A stretch of DNA of 63,575 nucleotides, counting the filler, from Octopus bimaculoides (taxonomy: Eukaryota), in the NCBI RefSeq assembly GCF_001194135.2. It is 5 parts of 5 records of this genome, joined end to end, with 100 filler letters (N's around TTAATTAATTAA, not from the genome) between each part and the next. Parts side by side here need not be neighbours in the genome. Positions count along the whole stretch, not along the records: positions 31,790 to 45,192 come from NC_069004.1; positions 45,293 to 56,825 come from NC_068991.1; 3 more parts are not named here. One strand, written 5' to 3'. Below the pieces are notes generated by a model. The model did no database searches. It saw only the letters and a list, made by a program, of their open reading frames with translations, and was not told the DNA's origin. A program made the position numbers and the translations under genes. Positions 37,342 through 49,540 of the stretch are shown here, in pieces (positions within the stretch are counted from its first letter, which is position 1; every line of letters starts with the position of its first letter).

Positions 37342-38253
37342 NNNNNNNNNNNNNNNNNNNNNNNNNNNNNNNNNNNNNNNNNNNNNNNNNNNNNNNNNNN
37401 NNNNNNNNNNNNNNNNNNNNNNNNNNNNNNNNNNNNNNNNNNNNNNNNNNNNNNNNNNNNNNNNNNNNNNNNNNNNNNNNNNNNNNNNNNNNNNNNNNNN
37501 NNNNNNNNNNNNNNNNNNNNNNNNNNNNNNNNNNNNNNNNNNNNNNNNNNNNNNNNNNNNNNNNNNNNNNNNNNNNNNNNNNNNNNNNNNNNNNNNNNNN
37601 NNNNNNNNNNNNNNNNNNNNNNNNNNNNNNNNNNNNNNNNNNNNNNNNNNNNNNNNNNNNNNNNNNNNNNNNNNNNNNNNNNNNNNNNNNNNNNNNNNNN
37701 NNNNNNNNNNNNNNNNNNNNNNNNNNNNNNNNNNNNNNNNNNNNNNNNNNNNNNNNNNNNNNNNNNNNNNNNNNNNNNNNNNNNNNNNNNNNNNNNNNNN
37801 NNNNNNNNNNNNNNNNNNNNNNNNNNNNNNNNNNNNNNNNNNNNNNNNNNNNNNNNNNNNNNNNNNNNNNNNNNNNNNNNNNNNNNNNNNNNNNNNNNNN
37901 NNNNNNNNNNNNNNNNNNNNNNNNNNNNNNNNNNNNNNNNNNNNNNNNNNNNNNNNTTATTGTTGTTGTTGGTGGTGTTTTTTGGGGGTTTTTTTTTGCC
38001 TAACAGCATTCATGCATTCATCACTTTTATTTATACTTTTGTATGTAACAGAATACCCTGTTTGTGAGCACACGCATGTACAGTCACATCAGACACATGC
38101 ATATACACTCCCCTATATATATATGTGTGTGTGTGTGTATATATCTATGTATATAGCATGCACATGTTTACATGTGTGGTTTATATATGTGTATGTATAG
38201 GTATACATACATATATACACAAATACACTCATGTACATTTCTGTATAACTACA

Positions 38254-38310
<57 letters not shown>

Positions 38311-38723
38311 GCACACACACACGTATATATAAATATGTGGGCGTATATATATATGTACACCCACATTGTATGAATCATTCAAAGAATGAGGGGCAGGGCC
38401 CATAACCTTCCTCCTCCTCCTCCTCCACTGCTCCCACTCAATGTCTCCATGATTTGTGTGGAAGTTTTAAATACAGCCAAAGAATCTCGGTTGGAAGGGA
38501 GTTGCACATTGCGGTATCAGGATAGGACAATAGTTTGGTGGAAAAGGCACTCACAGACCTGNNNNNNNNNNNNNNNNNNNNNNNNNNNNNNNNNNNNNNN
38601 NNNNNNNNNNNNNNNNNNNNNNNNNNNNNNNNNNNNNNNNNNNNNNNNNNNNNNNNNNNNNNNNNNNNNNNNNNNNNNNNNNNNNNNNNNNNNNNNNNNN
38701 NNNNNNNNNNNNNNNNNNNNNNN

Positions 38724-38920
38724 GTGGTGGTGGTGGTGGTAAATGTGGTGATGGTTGTGGTAGTGCATGTTGGTGGTGGTGGTGGTGGTGGCAATAGTGG
38801 TGGTGTTGGTGGTGCTGGAAATATTGGCAGTTGTGATGGTACACTAGGTGACATTATAAGTCTCCGTGGTAACCTATTCTTGGTCTGGTGCCAAAGCCCC
38901 ACCCGGCCAACTTTCATTCT
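38724..38920 (+). other. Possible coding exon (strand uncertain)
   Basis: Plus frame Gly-rich then DGTLGDIISLRGNLFLVWCQSPTRPTFI, ending at a GTAAGT donor (38921). The minus frame is also open (Pro/Thr-rich) after ttacag. Confidence 0.25.
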
Positions 38921-39125
38921 GTAAGTTAACCGTTCCTTAAAGACACCGAATATTCACAGTGACTGGAAAGCATAAAAAGGGAGGGATGGAGGGACAGGAA
39001 GGAAGGAAGGAAGGAAGGAAGACAGGAAGGAAAGAAGGAAGGAAGCAAGCAAGAAAGGTAGGAAAAAACAAGAAATGAACAAATAAAAGAGGGAAGAGAA
39101 AATTCTTGAATGTTTCTACCTTATC

Positions 39126-39277
39126 GTGTCTCATTAGCAATCAGAATTGTGTCTCACTTATCAATGTCATGTCTCATTAGCCGTCAAAGTTGTTTCTCAT
39201 TAACAATCAAGGCCGTGACTCATTAACAAGGGCTGTGTCTCATTAATAATGTTGTGCCTAGTTAACCATCAAAGTTG
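39126..39277. repeat. Degenerate 19-23 bp minisatellite, ~7 units of GTGTCTCATTA(A/G)C..
   Basis: gtgtctcattagcaatcagaatt, gtgtctcacttatcaatgtc, atgtctcattagccgtcaaagtt, gtttctcattaacaatcaaggcc, gtgactcattaacaagggct, gtgtctcattaataatgtt, gtgcctagttaaccatcaaagtt. Confidence 0.8.
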
Positions 39278-39783
39278 AACATTTTGGGAAGAACTTAAAA
39301 ATTCATTAACAAACTAATTAACAGGTTAAATGCAATCAGAGATCTAATTAAATCATCTAGCGTGAAGACAAAAACAAGAGAAAAAACTAGGTTAGAATGT
39401 TAATCAAAGAACATCATCAAACAACAATAACAACAATAATGAGATTATGTTATGATGATCAATTCACGAGCTAGAAATAGGAGCTAAATCTTCCTCAAAT
39501 TACACACAACTGTTTTAAAAAGAGAAGGACACATTAGATAATTTGCTTCTGTGTTTGATTTTGCAAGATCCTTGATATAGAATCATATGTCATAGCAAGC
39601 ACTGCTCCTTTGTCATCGTCTTCATCGTCATCATCACTATTGCTGTCGTTGTCATCATTGTTGCCGTCGTCATCGCCGTCATCTTCTTCTTCCTCACTTT
39701 CAGGGTCAATAAAGATAAGTATCAGTTGTTAGCAACTTATTCCCTTTCCCAGACTTCTGGACTTGTGCCAAAATTTGAAACCA

Positions 39784-39990
39784 TTATTGTTATTATTATT
39801 GGTATTATTATTATTATTATTGCCTTTGCACAGCTTCTAACGCTGGAGATGTACTATGGTGCCAGCTGTTAACTTCCAGTGAACTTAGGTAACATCTCTT
39901 ATTTTTCGAGCACCTTCCGGAGTATTCAAGCAGTCCCAAGCAGGACTGTTTTCTGCAAGTGCTCCACCCTTATTGCAGCCCCTATTTGTC
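39784..39990 (-). mobile_element. R4-like LINE 3' end, short copy with (TAA)n tail
   Basis: Minus IGAAIRVEHLQKTVLLGTA*ILRKVLEK*, a UTR ..gaagctgtgcaaaggca, then (TAA)n. Confidence 0.8.
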
Positions 39991-40003
39991 GTCGTCGTCG
40001 TCG

Positions 40004-40048
<45 letters not shown>

Positions 40049-40076
40049 CCATCATCACCATCACCATCACCACCAA

Positions 40077-40108
<32 letters not shown>

Positions 40109-40137
40109 TCATCGTCATCGCCATCGCCATCGCCATC

Positions 40138-40415
40138 GCCTTTGTACAGCTTCTAGCACTGGAGATGTACTATGGTGTCAGCTGTTCACTGCCAGTGAAC
40201 TAAAGTAACATCTCTTATTTTTCGAGTGCCATCCGGAGTATTCTAGCGGTTCCAAGCAGTGCTGTTTTCTGCAAGTTCTCCGCTCTTATTGCAGCCCCTA
40301 CTCGTTCCATGTACTTCTCAAGATTTTTACTCGCTGTTCCCAGGGCTCCGACAATTATTGGTACTACTGCTACCTCTATCATTGACCACAACTTCTTGAC
40401 TTCCCAAGCTAATCT
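40138..40415 (-). mobile_element. R4-like LINE 3' end, longer copy with (GAT/GAC)n tail
   Basis: RLAWEVKKLWSMIEVAVVPIIVGALGTASKNLEKYMERVGAAIRAENLQKTALLGTARILRMALEK*, with the same UTR as 39821-39990. Confidence 0.85.
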
Positions 40416-40429
40416 GTCTTTGTGTCTGT

Positions 40430-40612
40430 GTTTATCTCCCATCACTGCTTGACAGCCAGTGTTGGTGTGTTTATACCCTCGTAACCTAGCGGTTTGGCAA
40501 AGGAGACCAACAGAATTACTGGCGTTGATTAATTCAACTATAATAAATTTTTCAGTGTGGTGCCCCAGCATGGCCACAGGCTAATGACTGAAACAAGTAA
40601 AAGATAAAAGAT
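40430..40612 (+). mobile_element. SINE 3' half
   Basis: gtaacctagcggtttggcaaaggagacc..ggtgccccagcatggccacaggctaatgactgaaacaagtaaaagataaaaga. Confidence 0.8.
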
Positions 40613-40829
40613 AAAACACACACATACAAATTGTAAGTGATAATATATATGAGGTAAAGTAGTGCACCCAGTGGGATTTGAACCCAAGATATCGAGGAAC
40701 TTAAGTAAATACTGCTGCAAGCTTACCTCATTCTGACTCTTTACACATCCTACCACACCCTGTCCCACCCACCTCCCTGCCATTCCACATCCGTCTAAGT
40801 CTAATAATAGAGATGAGGAAGATTTACTC

Positions 40830-40985
40830 AAGAAACAGGATGAAAGAGTGAGAGAAAGCTGGAGCCGCGTGGAGCTTTAGGTGTTTTCGCTCAATAAACA
40901 CACACAACGCCCGGTCTTGGAACTGAAACCGCGATCCTCTGACAGCGAGTTCGATGCCCTAACCACTGGGCCATTGCGCCGCCAC
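40830..40985 (-). mobile_element. tRNA-headed SINE (another family)
   Basis: Minus gcgcaatggcccagtggttagggc..gatcgcggtttcagttccaagaccgggc has A/B-box-like tRNA features but no cloverleaf 3' end. Confidence 0.7.
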
Positions 40986-41716
40986 CTATTTCTATATTAC
41001 TAAAGCATATATTTCTATATGGCAACAAAATGGTTAATAGTGATAAAGTGGTTTTACTAAATTTTTAATTATTTTTTGAAATTAAGTGAAGTGATAACAG
41101 TGTATTTCATGAGAAATTTTGTAGCAAAATAATTTATGCCAAGTTTTAAAACCTTTGAAAAGCGCAACCCAGTGCCATCCATCACAGCAGATAATTGTAT
41201 TTTAAAACNNNNNNNNNNNNNNNNNNNNNNNNNNNNNNNNNNNNNNNNNNNNNNNNNNNNNNNNNNNNNNNNNNNNNNNNNNNNNNNNNNNNNNNNNNNN
41301 NNNNNNNNNNNNNNNNNNNNNNNNNNNNNNNNNNNNNNNNNNNNNNNNNNNNNNNNNNNNNNNNNNNNNNNNNNNNNNNNNNNNNNNNNNNNNNNNNNNN
41401 NNNNNNNNNNNNNNNNNNNNNNNNNNNNNNNNNNNNNNNNNNNNNNNNNNNNNNNNNNNNNNNNNNNNNNNNNNNNNNNNNNNNNNNNNNNNNNNNNNNN
41501 NNNNNNNNNNNNNNNNNNNNNNNNNNNNNNNNNNNNNNNNNNNNNNNNNNNNNNNNNNNNNNNNNNNNNNNNNNNNNNNNNNNNNNNNNNNNNNNNNNNN
41601 NNNNNNNNNNNNNNNNNNNNNNNNNNNNNNNNNNNNNNNATATATATATATATATGTACCACACACATGCACACACACATACACACACATATATACACAT
41701 ACATATAAATATGTGC

Positions 41717-41764
<48 letters not shown>

Positions 41765-42099
41765 ATAAATACATATACAGATACACACACATATATATAT
41801 GTATAAATAAAATATATTCATCCATATACATAATTACATACATGCATATATATATGTGTATGTGTGTAAACATGTATGTATATAAATATATACATATACA
41901 TCGATATATACATATATGTACATATATGTGTGTGTGTGTGTGTGTGTATTACATACACATACCCCCCACACACACACACACACACCACATACGCACACAT
42001 CAAATTAATACATTCATAAGGGAATTGGCTAGATTAAAGAATGCAGATATTTTTATACAATTTTCAAAACAGAAATAGAATGATCATTTACTATTGGAA

Positions 42100-42200
42100 G
42101 AGAAGGAATCCTTATAGAGCCAACTTTTAACTGGTGACCTGTGGGATAAGACATGGTAGACCAAGATAAACATGGCTAAGAATAAAGGAGAGGGAGGTTG
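42100..42200 (+). mobile_element. Highly decayed RTE LINE C-terminal remnant
   Basis: NW*P.G then frameshifted IRHGRPR*TWLR (W.P.G.R.RGRP..TW). Confidence 0.4.
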
Positions 42201-43354
42201 GTGGGGGAAATTGGATATGCATGGAAGAGCACGGCTCAAAATGGAAATATTTGGTTTGAGTTCACAAGGGCACTGTGTATTTGTTGAATGTCATAGGATT
42301 AATATAGCATAAAATATATATGTATGTACGTATGTATATATGTAGTTATATTGTCTTAATAATGCCTTATTATCTAACACACGCACTGGTTCAATTTCCA
42401 CTCATTTATTATTTATATTTTTTTCTTCCTAAATCTTCGTTGCCTTTTGCAACCTTGTCAATGGATGTTGACGCTGTCCACACACACACTATTTACTATC
42501 TAAATTAAAGCACATGGTGGTTTAGATTAAAGAAGTGTTATATTTCTTACATAAACTTAATTAATTGATGTGTGTGTGTATATGTGTTTGTGTGCAGGCA
42601 TGCTGGAGTGTTATATAATCTTGATTGCTCATAATGAGATGGATGAGAGACAGGCAGACAGATACACAGACAGACAGGCGGGAATGATACAGAGTGGCAC
42701 AGTGAGATATATACAAGTGGGTATGAAAGAGAAGGATACAATAATTAATAGAATATTACATAATATATATATATATATATATATATANNNNNNNNNNNNN
42801 NNNNNNNNNNNNNNNNNNNNNNNNNNNNNNNNNNNNNNNNNNNNNNNNNNNNNNNNNNNNNNNNNNNNNNNNNNNNNNNNNNNNNNNNNNNNNNNNNNNN
42901 NNNNNNNNNNNNNNNNNNNNNNNNNNNNNNNNNNNNNNNNNNNNNNNNNNNNNNNNNNNNNNNNNNNNNNNNNNNNNNNNNNNNNNNNNNNNNNNNNNNN
43001 NNNNNNNNNNNNNNNNNNNNNNNNNNNNNNNNNNNNNNNNNNNNNNNNNNNNNNNNNNNNNNNNNNNNNNNNNNNNNNNNNNNNNNNNNNNNNNNNNNNN
43101 NNNNNNNNNNNNNNNNNNNNNNNNNNNNNNNNNNNNNNNNNNNNNNNNNNNNNNNNNNNNNNNNNNNNNNNNNNNNNNNNNNNNNNNNNNNNNNNNNNNN
43201 NNNNNNNNNNNNNNNNNNNNNNNNNNNNNNNNNNNNNNNNNNNNNNNNNNNNNNNNNNNNNNNNNNNNNNNNNNNNNNNNNNNNNNNNNNNNNNNNNNNN
43301 NNNNNNNNNNNNNNNNNNNNNNNNNNNNNNNNNNNTATATATATATATATATAT

Positions 43355-43775
43355 TCTTTTATTCTTTTATTTGTTTCAGTCATGTGACTGCAGCCATGCG
43401 GGAGAACTGCCTTTAGTCGAACAAATCGACCCCAGGACTTATTCTTTGTGAGCCCAGTACTTATCCCATCAGTCTCTTTTGCCGAAATGCTAAGTCACAG
43501 GGACGCAAACACACCAACATTGGTAGTCAAGTGATGATGGGGGGACAAACACAGACACACAAACACACACACATGCATATATATATATAATATATATATG
43601 TATGTATATATATGACCGGTTTCTTTTAGTTTCCATCTACCAACTCCACCCACAAGGCTTTGGTCAGCCCGAGGCTATAGTAGAAGACACTGGCCCAAGG
43701 TACCATGCAGTGGGACTAAACACAGAACCATGTGGTTGGTAAGCAAGCAACTTACAACACAGCCATGCCTGCGCT
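43355..43775 (-). mobile_element. Full-length SINE (~420 bp): tRNA head, body, internal microsatellite, tail
   Basis: Minus head gcgcaggcatggctgtgttgtaag..; tail ..ggggtcgatttgttcgactaaagg..tgactgaaacaaataaaaga. Confidence 0.88.
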
Positions 43776-43919
43776 AATTTAATTTAATTCTATGTCTTTA
43801 TGCAGCTGAGGATTGCTCTGCGTTTTAAATTGATGTAATGATTGCATTGTTCAAATTAAATGGAGTTGCTTGAAACGATTGTACTGCATTACCTCTGGAT
43901 ATCCTTGTTGCTTAGTTTG

Positions 43920-43953
<34 letters not shown>

Positions 43954-44436
43954 TGTAGTATTTTCATCTACATTGTGAAAGTATATAACAAACTAGTAAA
44001 ATTGAACTCAATATCTGCTAAAGCAATCATTCAATGTTTTCTTAATAGTTCAGATTAGCCTTTTGTAACTTCAAATTCCATTTCCTGGAGGAATTCTTGG
44101 GAAATCTTTGAAGTCTTCACTCGACTAGACTACAATATCAAAACTCCTAACATTTCATAATGAAACCCACAATATACATACATATATATCCCATATAATA
44201 CATGTATGCATAATCCTCATTTGCATACAATGGGTGTAGTCAGAATTTGAATGAAGCAGGGGTGAGGGACCTCCGCTATTTTAAAGGTATTCAATCTTTG
44301 TTGCCTAATCTGCTTTCATATGTATATATTATACATGATTATATATGCATATATACCACAGGGCGAGCTGGTGGTTGTGGTGGTAGTGAGGTTATCCAAA
44401 AGTGTCAGCCCTTGCTTGACTATGTGTGTGTGTGTG

Positions 44437-44508
<72 letters not shown>

Positions 44509-44920
44509 CACACATATATATGTACACATACTTATATACACATATATTTGCATACATATATACATGTATTTATATGCATAATGTAACTCCATACATGTTT
44601 GTATACGCACATACAAATACATATGCGTGTGTACATGTATGTATGTATGTATATATGTATATGTGTGCAGGGTGTGTATATGTACATTATGAGTTTGGTA
44701 GAATTTCACTTGACATCTCATTTCTCCGCTAACATTTAGACTTAAGTGAGGGCACCAGCATGCACCCCCCCCCACTGGACCCCCACCACCACCACCACCA
44801 AATAACATTACACAACCCCACCCCCACCCCAGCAACTCCCTTCTACCCCTTTCTAATAAACAAGAATCAACAACAATAACAACAACAACAACAACAACAA
44901 TAATAGTAATATTAATAATG

Positions 44921-44968
<48 letters not shown>

Positions 44969-45143
44969 GTGAATAGAAAATATAAAGTTAAAAAAAAAGG
45001 TGACAAAATATACAATTGATAACCTTGAATGAATGTCAAAATAATAATTCAATTGTGCTAGATCAAACGAATTATGTGTATGTGTGTGTGTGTGTGTGTG
45101 TGTGTTTGTGCATGATTGCTTGTATATACATTTATACATATAT

Positions 45144-45192
<49 letters not shown>

Positions 45193-45292
45193 NNNNNNNN
45201 NNNNNNNNNNNNNNNNNNNNNNNNNNNNNNNNNNNNTTAATTAATTAANNNNNNNNNNNNNNNNNNNNNNNNNNNNNNNNNNNNNNNNNNNN
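45193..45292. other. Artificial scaffold-join spacer
   Basis: 44 N + TTAATTAATTAA + 44 N. Confidence 0.95.
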
Positions 45293-45363
<71 letters not shown>

Positions 45364-46483
45364 TGTTTGTATGTTTGTATATATGCATGCTTACAGATTG
45401 TTAAATGAGTGTGGCTTTCTTTGTGTGCTTGAATGTGAGTGAGTGTGAGCGAGGGTGTGAGTGTCAGTGTGAGTATATGCCTGAGTTTACTTGGCGTGAT
45501 TGTGTGGCGTAATATCAACAACGATGTTTACATCCTGAAAGATGATGATGACGGCGACCATGACGGCGGCGGCGNNNNNNNNNNNNNNNNNNNNNNNNNN
45601 NNNNNNNNNNNNNNNNNNNNNNNNNNNNNNNNNNNNNNNNNNNNNNNNNNNNNNNNNNNNNNNNNNNNNNNNNNNNNNNNNNNNNNNNNNNNNNNNNNNN
45701 NNNNNNNNNNNNNNNNNNNNNNNNNNNNNNNNNNNNNNNNNNNNNNNNNNNNNNNNNNNNNNNNNNNNNNNNNNNNNNNNNNNNNNNNNNNNNNNNNNNN
45801 NNNNNNNNNNNNNNNNNNNNNNNNNNNNNNNNNNNNNNNNNNNNNNNNNNNNNNNNNNNNNNNNNNNNNNNNNNNNNNNNNNNNNNNNNNNNNNNNNNNN
45901 NNNNNNNNNNNNNNNNNNNNNNNNNNNNNNNNNNNNNNNNNNNNNNNNNNNNNNNNNNNNNNNNNNNNNNNNNNNNNNNNNNNNNNNNNNNNNNNNNNNN
46001 NNNNNNNNNNNNNNNNNNNNNNNNNNNNNNNNNNNNNNNNNNNNNNNNNNNNNNNNNNNNNNNNNNNNNNNNNNNNNNNNNNNNNNNNNNNNNNNNNNNN
46101 NNNNNNNNNNNNNNNNNNNNNNNNNNNNNNNNNNNNNNNNNNNNNNNNNNNNNNNNNNNNNNNNNNNNNNNNNNNNNNNNNNNNNNNNNNNNNNNNNNNN
46201 NNNNNNNNNNNNNNNNNNNNNNNNNNNNNNNNNNNNNNNNNNNNNNNNNNNNNNNNNNNNNNNNNNNNNNNNNNNNNNNNNNNNNNNNNNNNNNNNNNNN
46301 NNNNNNNNNNNNNNNNNNNNNNNNNNNNNNNNNNNNNNNNNNNNNNNNNNNNNNNNNNNNNNTATATATGCATATATGTATGTATATCCGTTCTCACTGC
46401 ATATTTCTTTTTCCTTCCATGTCTCAATCTCTCTGCCATTGCCCCTCTCTCTCTATCTCTCTCCTTCTCTCTCTCTCTCTCAG

Positions 46484-46660
46484 ACCCACCCCCATAAGTT
46501 TCTCCCTAACTGCATCCAAGCATTCAGGTACCACTCCCCTTTTCTTCCGCCCTTTTCTGCCCGTGCAGACCATTACACCAGATCTGTTATGACATCTATA
46601 CACCCGAACACTCCTGAAGGTGCCCCGCTGAACCTTTCCACCGCCATAGACGGATCTTGA
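46484..46660 (+). CDS. Candidate terminal coding exon with PLNLS (CtBP-binding-like) motif
   Basis: (CT)n tract plus CAG acceptor at 46481-46483, then phase-0 THPHKFLPNCIQAFRYHSPFLPPFSARADHYTRSVMTSIHPNTPEGAPLNLSTAIDGS*. Unique, GC-richer sequence. Confidence 0.45.
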   Translation, partial: THPHKFLPNCIQAFRYHSPFLPPFSARADHYTRSVMTSIHPNTPEGAPLNLSTAIDGS

Positions 46661-46789
46661 CACAAGTTTGTGATATCGGCTCCGTTATTATCCTCAGCAT
46701 TCGATGTGGGTCAACAAACCAACGAAGTCCCACCAGGTCAACCTACTTTCTAGAAACAGCAGTTAAATTTCCCATTAAATCATCAATGG

Positions 46790-47220
46790 CTTGAATACAT
46801 TGTTTTCAAATTTTGGCACAAGGCCAGTAATTTTGGGGGAGGGAGTCAGACAGTTACATCGACCCCAGTGTTCAACTGGTACTTACTTTATCGACACCTG
46901 AAAGGATAAAAGCAAGGTCGACCAAAGCCTTGTGAGTGGATTCAGTAGACGGAAACTGAAAAGAATCCTGTCGTATATATATGTATATGTTTATGTGCGT
47001 GTCCTTATAAGCCTCACATCACCGTCTGATGTGTCTACGTCCTCGTAACCTAGAAGTTCGGCAAAAGAGACCGATAGAATAAGTACTAGTCTTAAAAAAT
47101 AAAGACCTGGGGTCGATTTGTTCAACTAAATCCCTTAAATCCCCTAAAGATGATACTCCAGCATGGCCGTAATCAATTGACTGAAACAAATGCAAGAATG
47201 TATATATATTTACGACGGGC
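46790..47220 (+). mobile_element. Cluster of SINE fragments
   Basis: gaccccagtgttcaactggtactta..gtcgac.. followed by cctcgtaacctagaagttcggcaaaagagaccgatagaataagtact..cagcatggcc. Confidence 0.7.
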
Positions 47221-48277
47221 TTCCTTCAGTCTCTGTGCTACCATATCCACTCGCAAATGAACATGAAATTCGTATATTCAGGAAGATGTGGGGTTGTGGC
47301 TAAGAAACCTCTCCCGAACGATATCAATGATCGGTGTCATACTTCTTTTCAGATAATCAAATATTAGAAGAGTGACTAAATATACAACACCATCAAGTTT
47401 TCAGACTGCTTCTGTACGAATTTAACACGGTCTAACGGAGACTATAGAATGCAGTTTGAAGGTTTATTGTTCGCCAAACTCTCCAGATAATTCGGTCTTT
47501 CAGCTTCAAGATCAACTTTCCACAAGAGACTTTTTCTTAACCAACATCTCCAGTTATTTTTTTTTTCTTAGAAAATGTTNNNNNNNNNNNNNNNNNNNNN
47601 NNNNNNNNNNNNNNNNNNNNNNNNNNNNNNNNNNNNNNNNNNNNNNNNNNNNNNNNNNNNNNNNNNNNNNNNNNNNNNNNNNNNNNNNNNNNNNNNNNNN
47701 NNNNNNNNNNNNNNNNNNNNNNNNNNNNNNNNNNNNNNNNNNNNNNNNNNNNNNNNNNNNNNNNNNNNNNNNNNNNNNNNNNNNNNNNNNNNNNNNNNNN
47801 NNNNNNNNNNNNNNNNNNNNNNNNNNNNNNNNNNNNNNNNNNNNNNNNNNNNNNNNNNNNNNNNNNNNNNNNNNNNNNNNNNNNNNNNNNNNNNNNNNNN
47901 NNNNNNNNNNNNNNNNNNNNNNNNNNNNNNNNNNNNNNNNNNNNNNNNNNNNNNNNNNNNNNNNNNNNNNNNNNNNNNNNNNNNNNNNNNNNNNNNNNNN
48001 NNNNNNNNNNNNNACACACAAACACACACACACACACGCACACGCACACACACACACACACACACACGCCTGCACGCATGCACACACTCACGCATACACC
48101 CGCTTTACATATACATTCAGATACATATCACATTCACACACATACACACACGTACATGCGCACACACTCACACACGCACCTCTACGATTACTTAGAACAC
48201 TACCACCAACACCAATGCAAATATGCCGACCCCATCGGACCACCGACACCAACAATAACCATGGCAACAAAATTATG

Positions 48278-48327
<50 letters not shown>

Positions 48328-49118
48328 TGTTGTTGTTGTTGTAACAGCAGCAGCAGCAGCAGCAACAACAACAATAAATGAAGAGATGTCAGTACCAGAA
48401 CTTCAGCGTTGCTACCAACATCATCATCATCACCATCTCCATCACCATCCTCATCATCATCATCACAACAGCCACCACTACCATCATTATCATCATCGTC
48501 ATCATCGTCGTCGTCGTCGTCGTCATCATCATCATCACCACTACTACCATCATCACCATCATCATCGTCATCATCATCACGAACACCATCAGCGTTATCA
48601 TGTTCATTAAAATCATTGTCGTAATTAACAACGTCATCATCACCGTCATCATAATCATCATCGCTGTCGTCATCATCGTCACCCTTCACACCTCCACCAT
48701 CATTTCCATAATCAACACCTACAACAACAGTAGGAGTAGGATCATTATCAACTTCTTCGCCATCATCATCATCATCATCATCATCGTCATCATCGTCATC
48801 GTCATCGTCGTCGTCGTCGTCATCAAAAGGAGCAGCAAAATCAATGCGCCAACGAAGAAACTTTCACGCAATCGTTCTTTCTGCTAGACGAAACAGCTAA
48901 AATTCCCTCAAATTACTCTGTAACATTTTATTAAATGAAGTATACACTCCATTACGTTATCATATATGGATNNNNNNNNNNNNNNNNNNNNNNNNNNNNN
49001 NNNNNNNNNNNNNNNNNNNNNNNNNNNNNNNNNNNNNNNNNNNNNNNNNNNNNNNNNNNTATATATATATACATGTATGTATGTATATATATATATGTAT
49101 GTATGTATATATGTGTGA

Positions 49119-49162
<44 letters not shown>

Positions 49163-49261
49163 ATGAATTCATGCATGTATTTTAAGATGGCATGGCCGAC
49201 GTTGGAATGCCTTCAATCGTAGGTCTACTTAACCAGAGATCTATTGGGGCTCTACTGCTGT

Positions 49262-49340
<79 letters not shown>

Positions 49341-49424
49341 GCTGCTGCTGCTGTTGCTACATTTATTGCTACACAAAGAGAAAACATCGACTGTGTTAGC
49401 AAGCTGATGTGATGTGATGAAGAC

Positions 49425-49540
49425 TGGTGACGCAACGATGACGTAGCAGTGACGTCACTAGCGCTTTCGTCCGACTACCGGAAGCCATTATAGTGTCGGG
49501 TTCGCCATGGAAGCTTTGTCACCGGCAGAGGGCGCTTTCA
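49425..49540. promoter_or_regulatory. CpG-rich cluster of three CRE/ATF-type sites, an ETS site and a CTCF-like motif
   Basis: TGACGCAA 49428-49435, ATGACGTA 49438-49445, TGACGTCA 49450-49457, ACCGGAAG 49477-49484, CACCGGCAGAGGGCGCT 49520-49536. Confidence 0.55.

Noticed and set aside
40900-40985. tRNA gene
   Set aside because: Only A/B-box-like heads continuing into SINE bodies; no complete cloverleaf. The same applies to 21822, 32148 and 43700.
48270-48830. His-, Asp- or Ile-rich long ORFs on both strands
   Set aside because: A compound (TAG)(TTG)(CAG)(CAT)n microsatellite mosaic.
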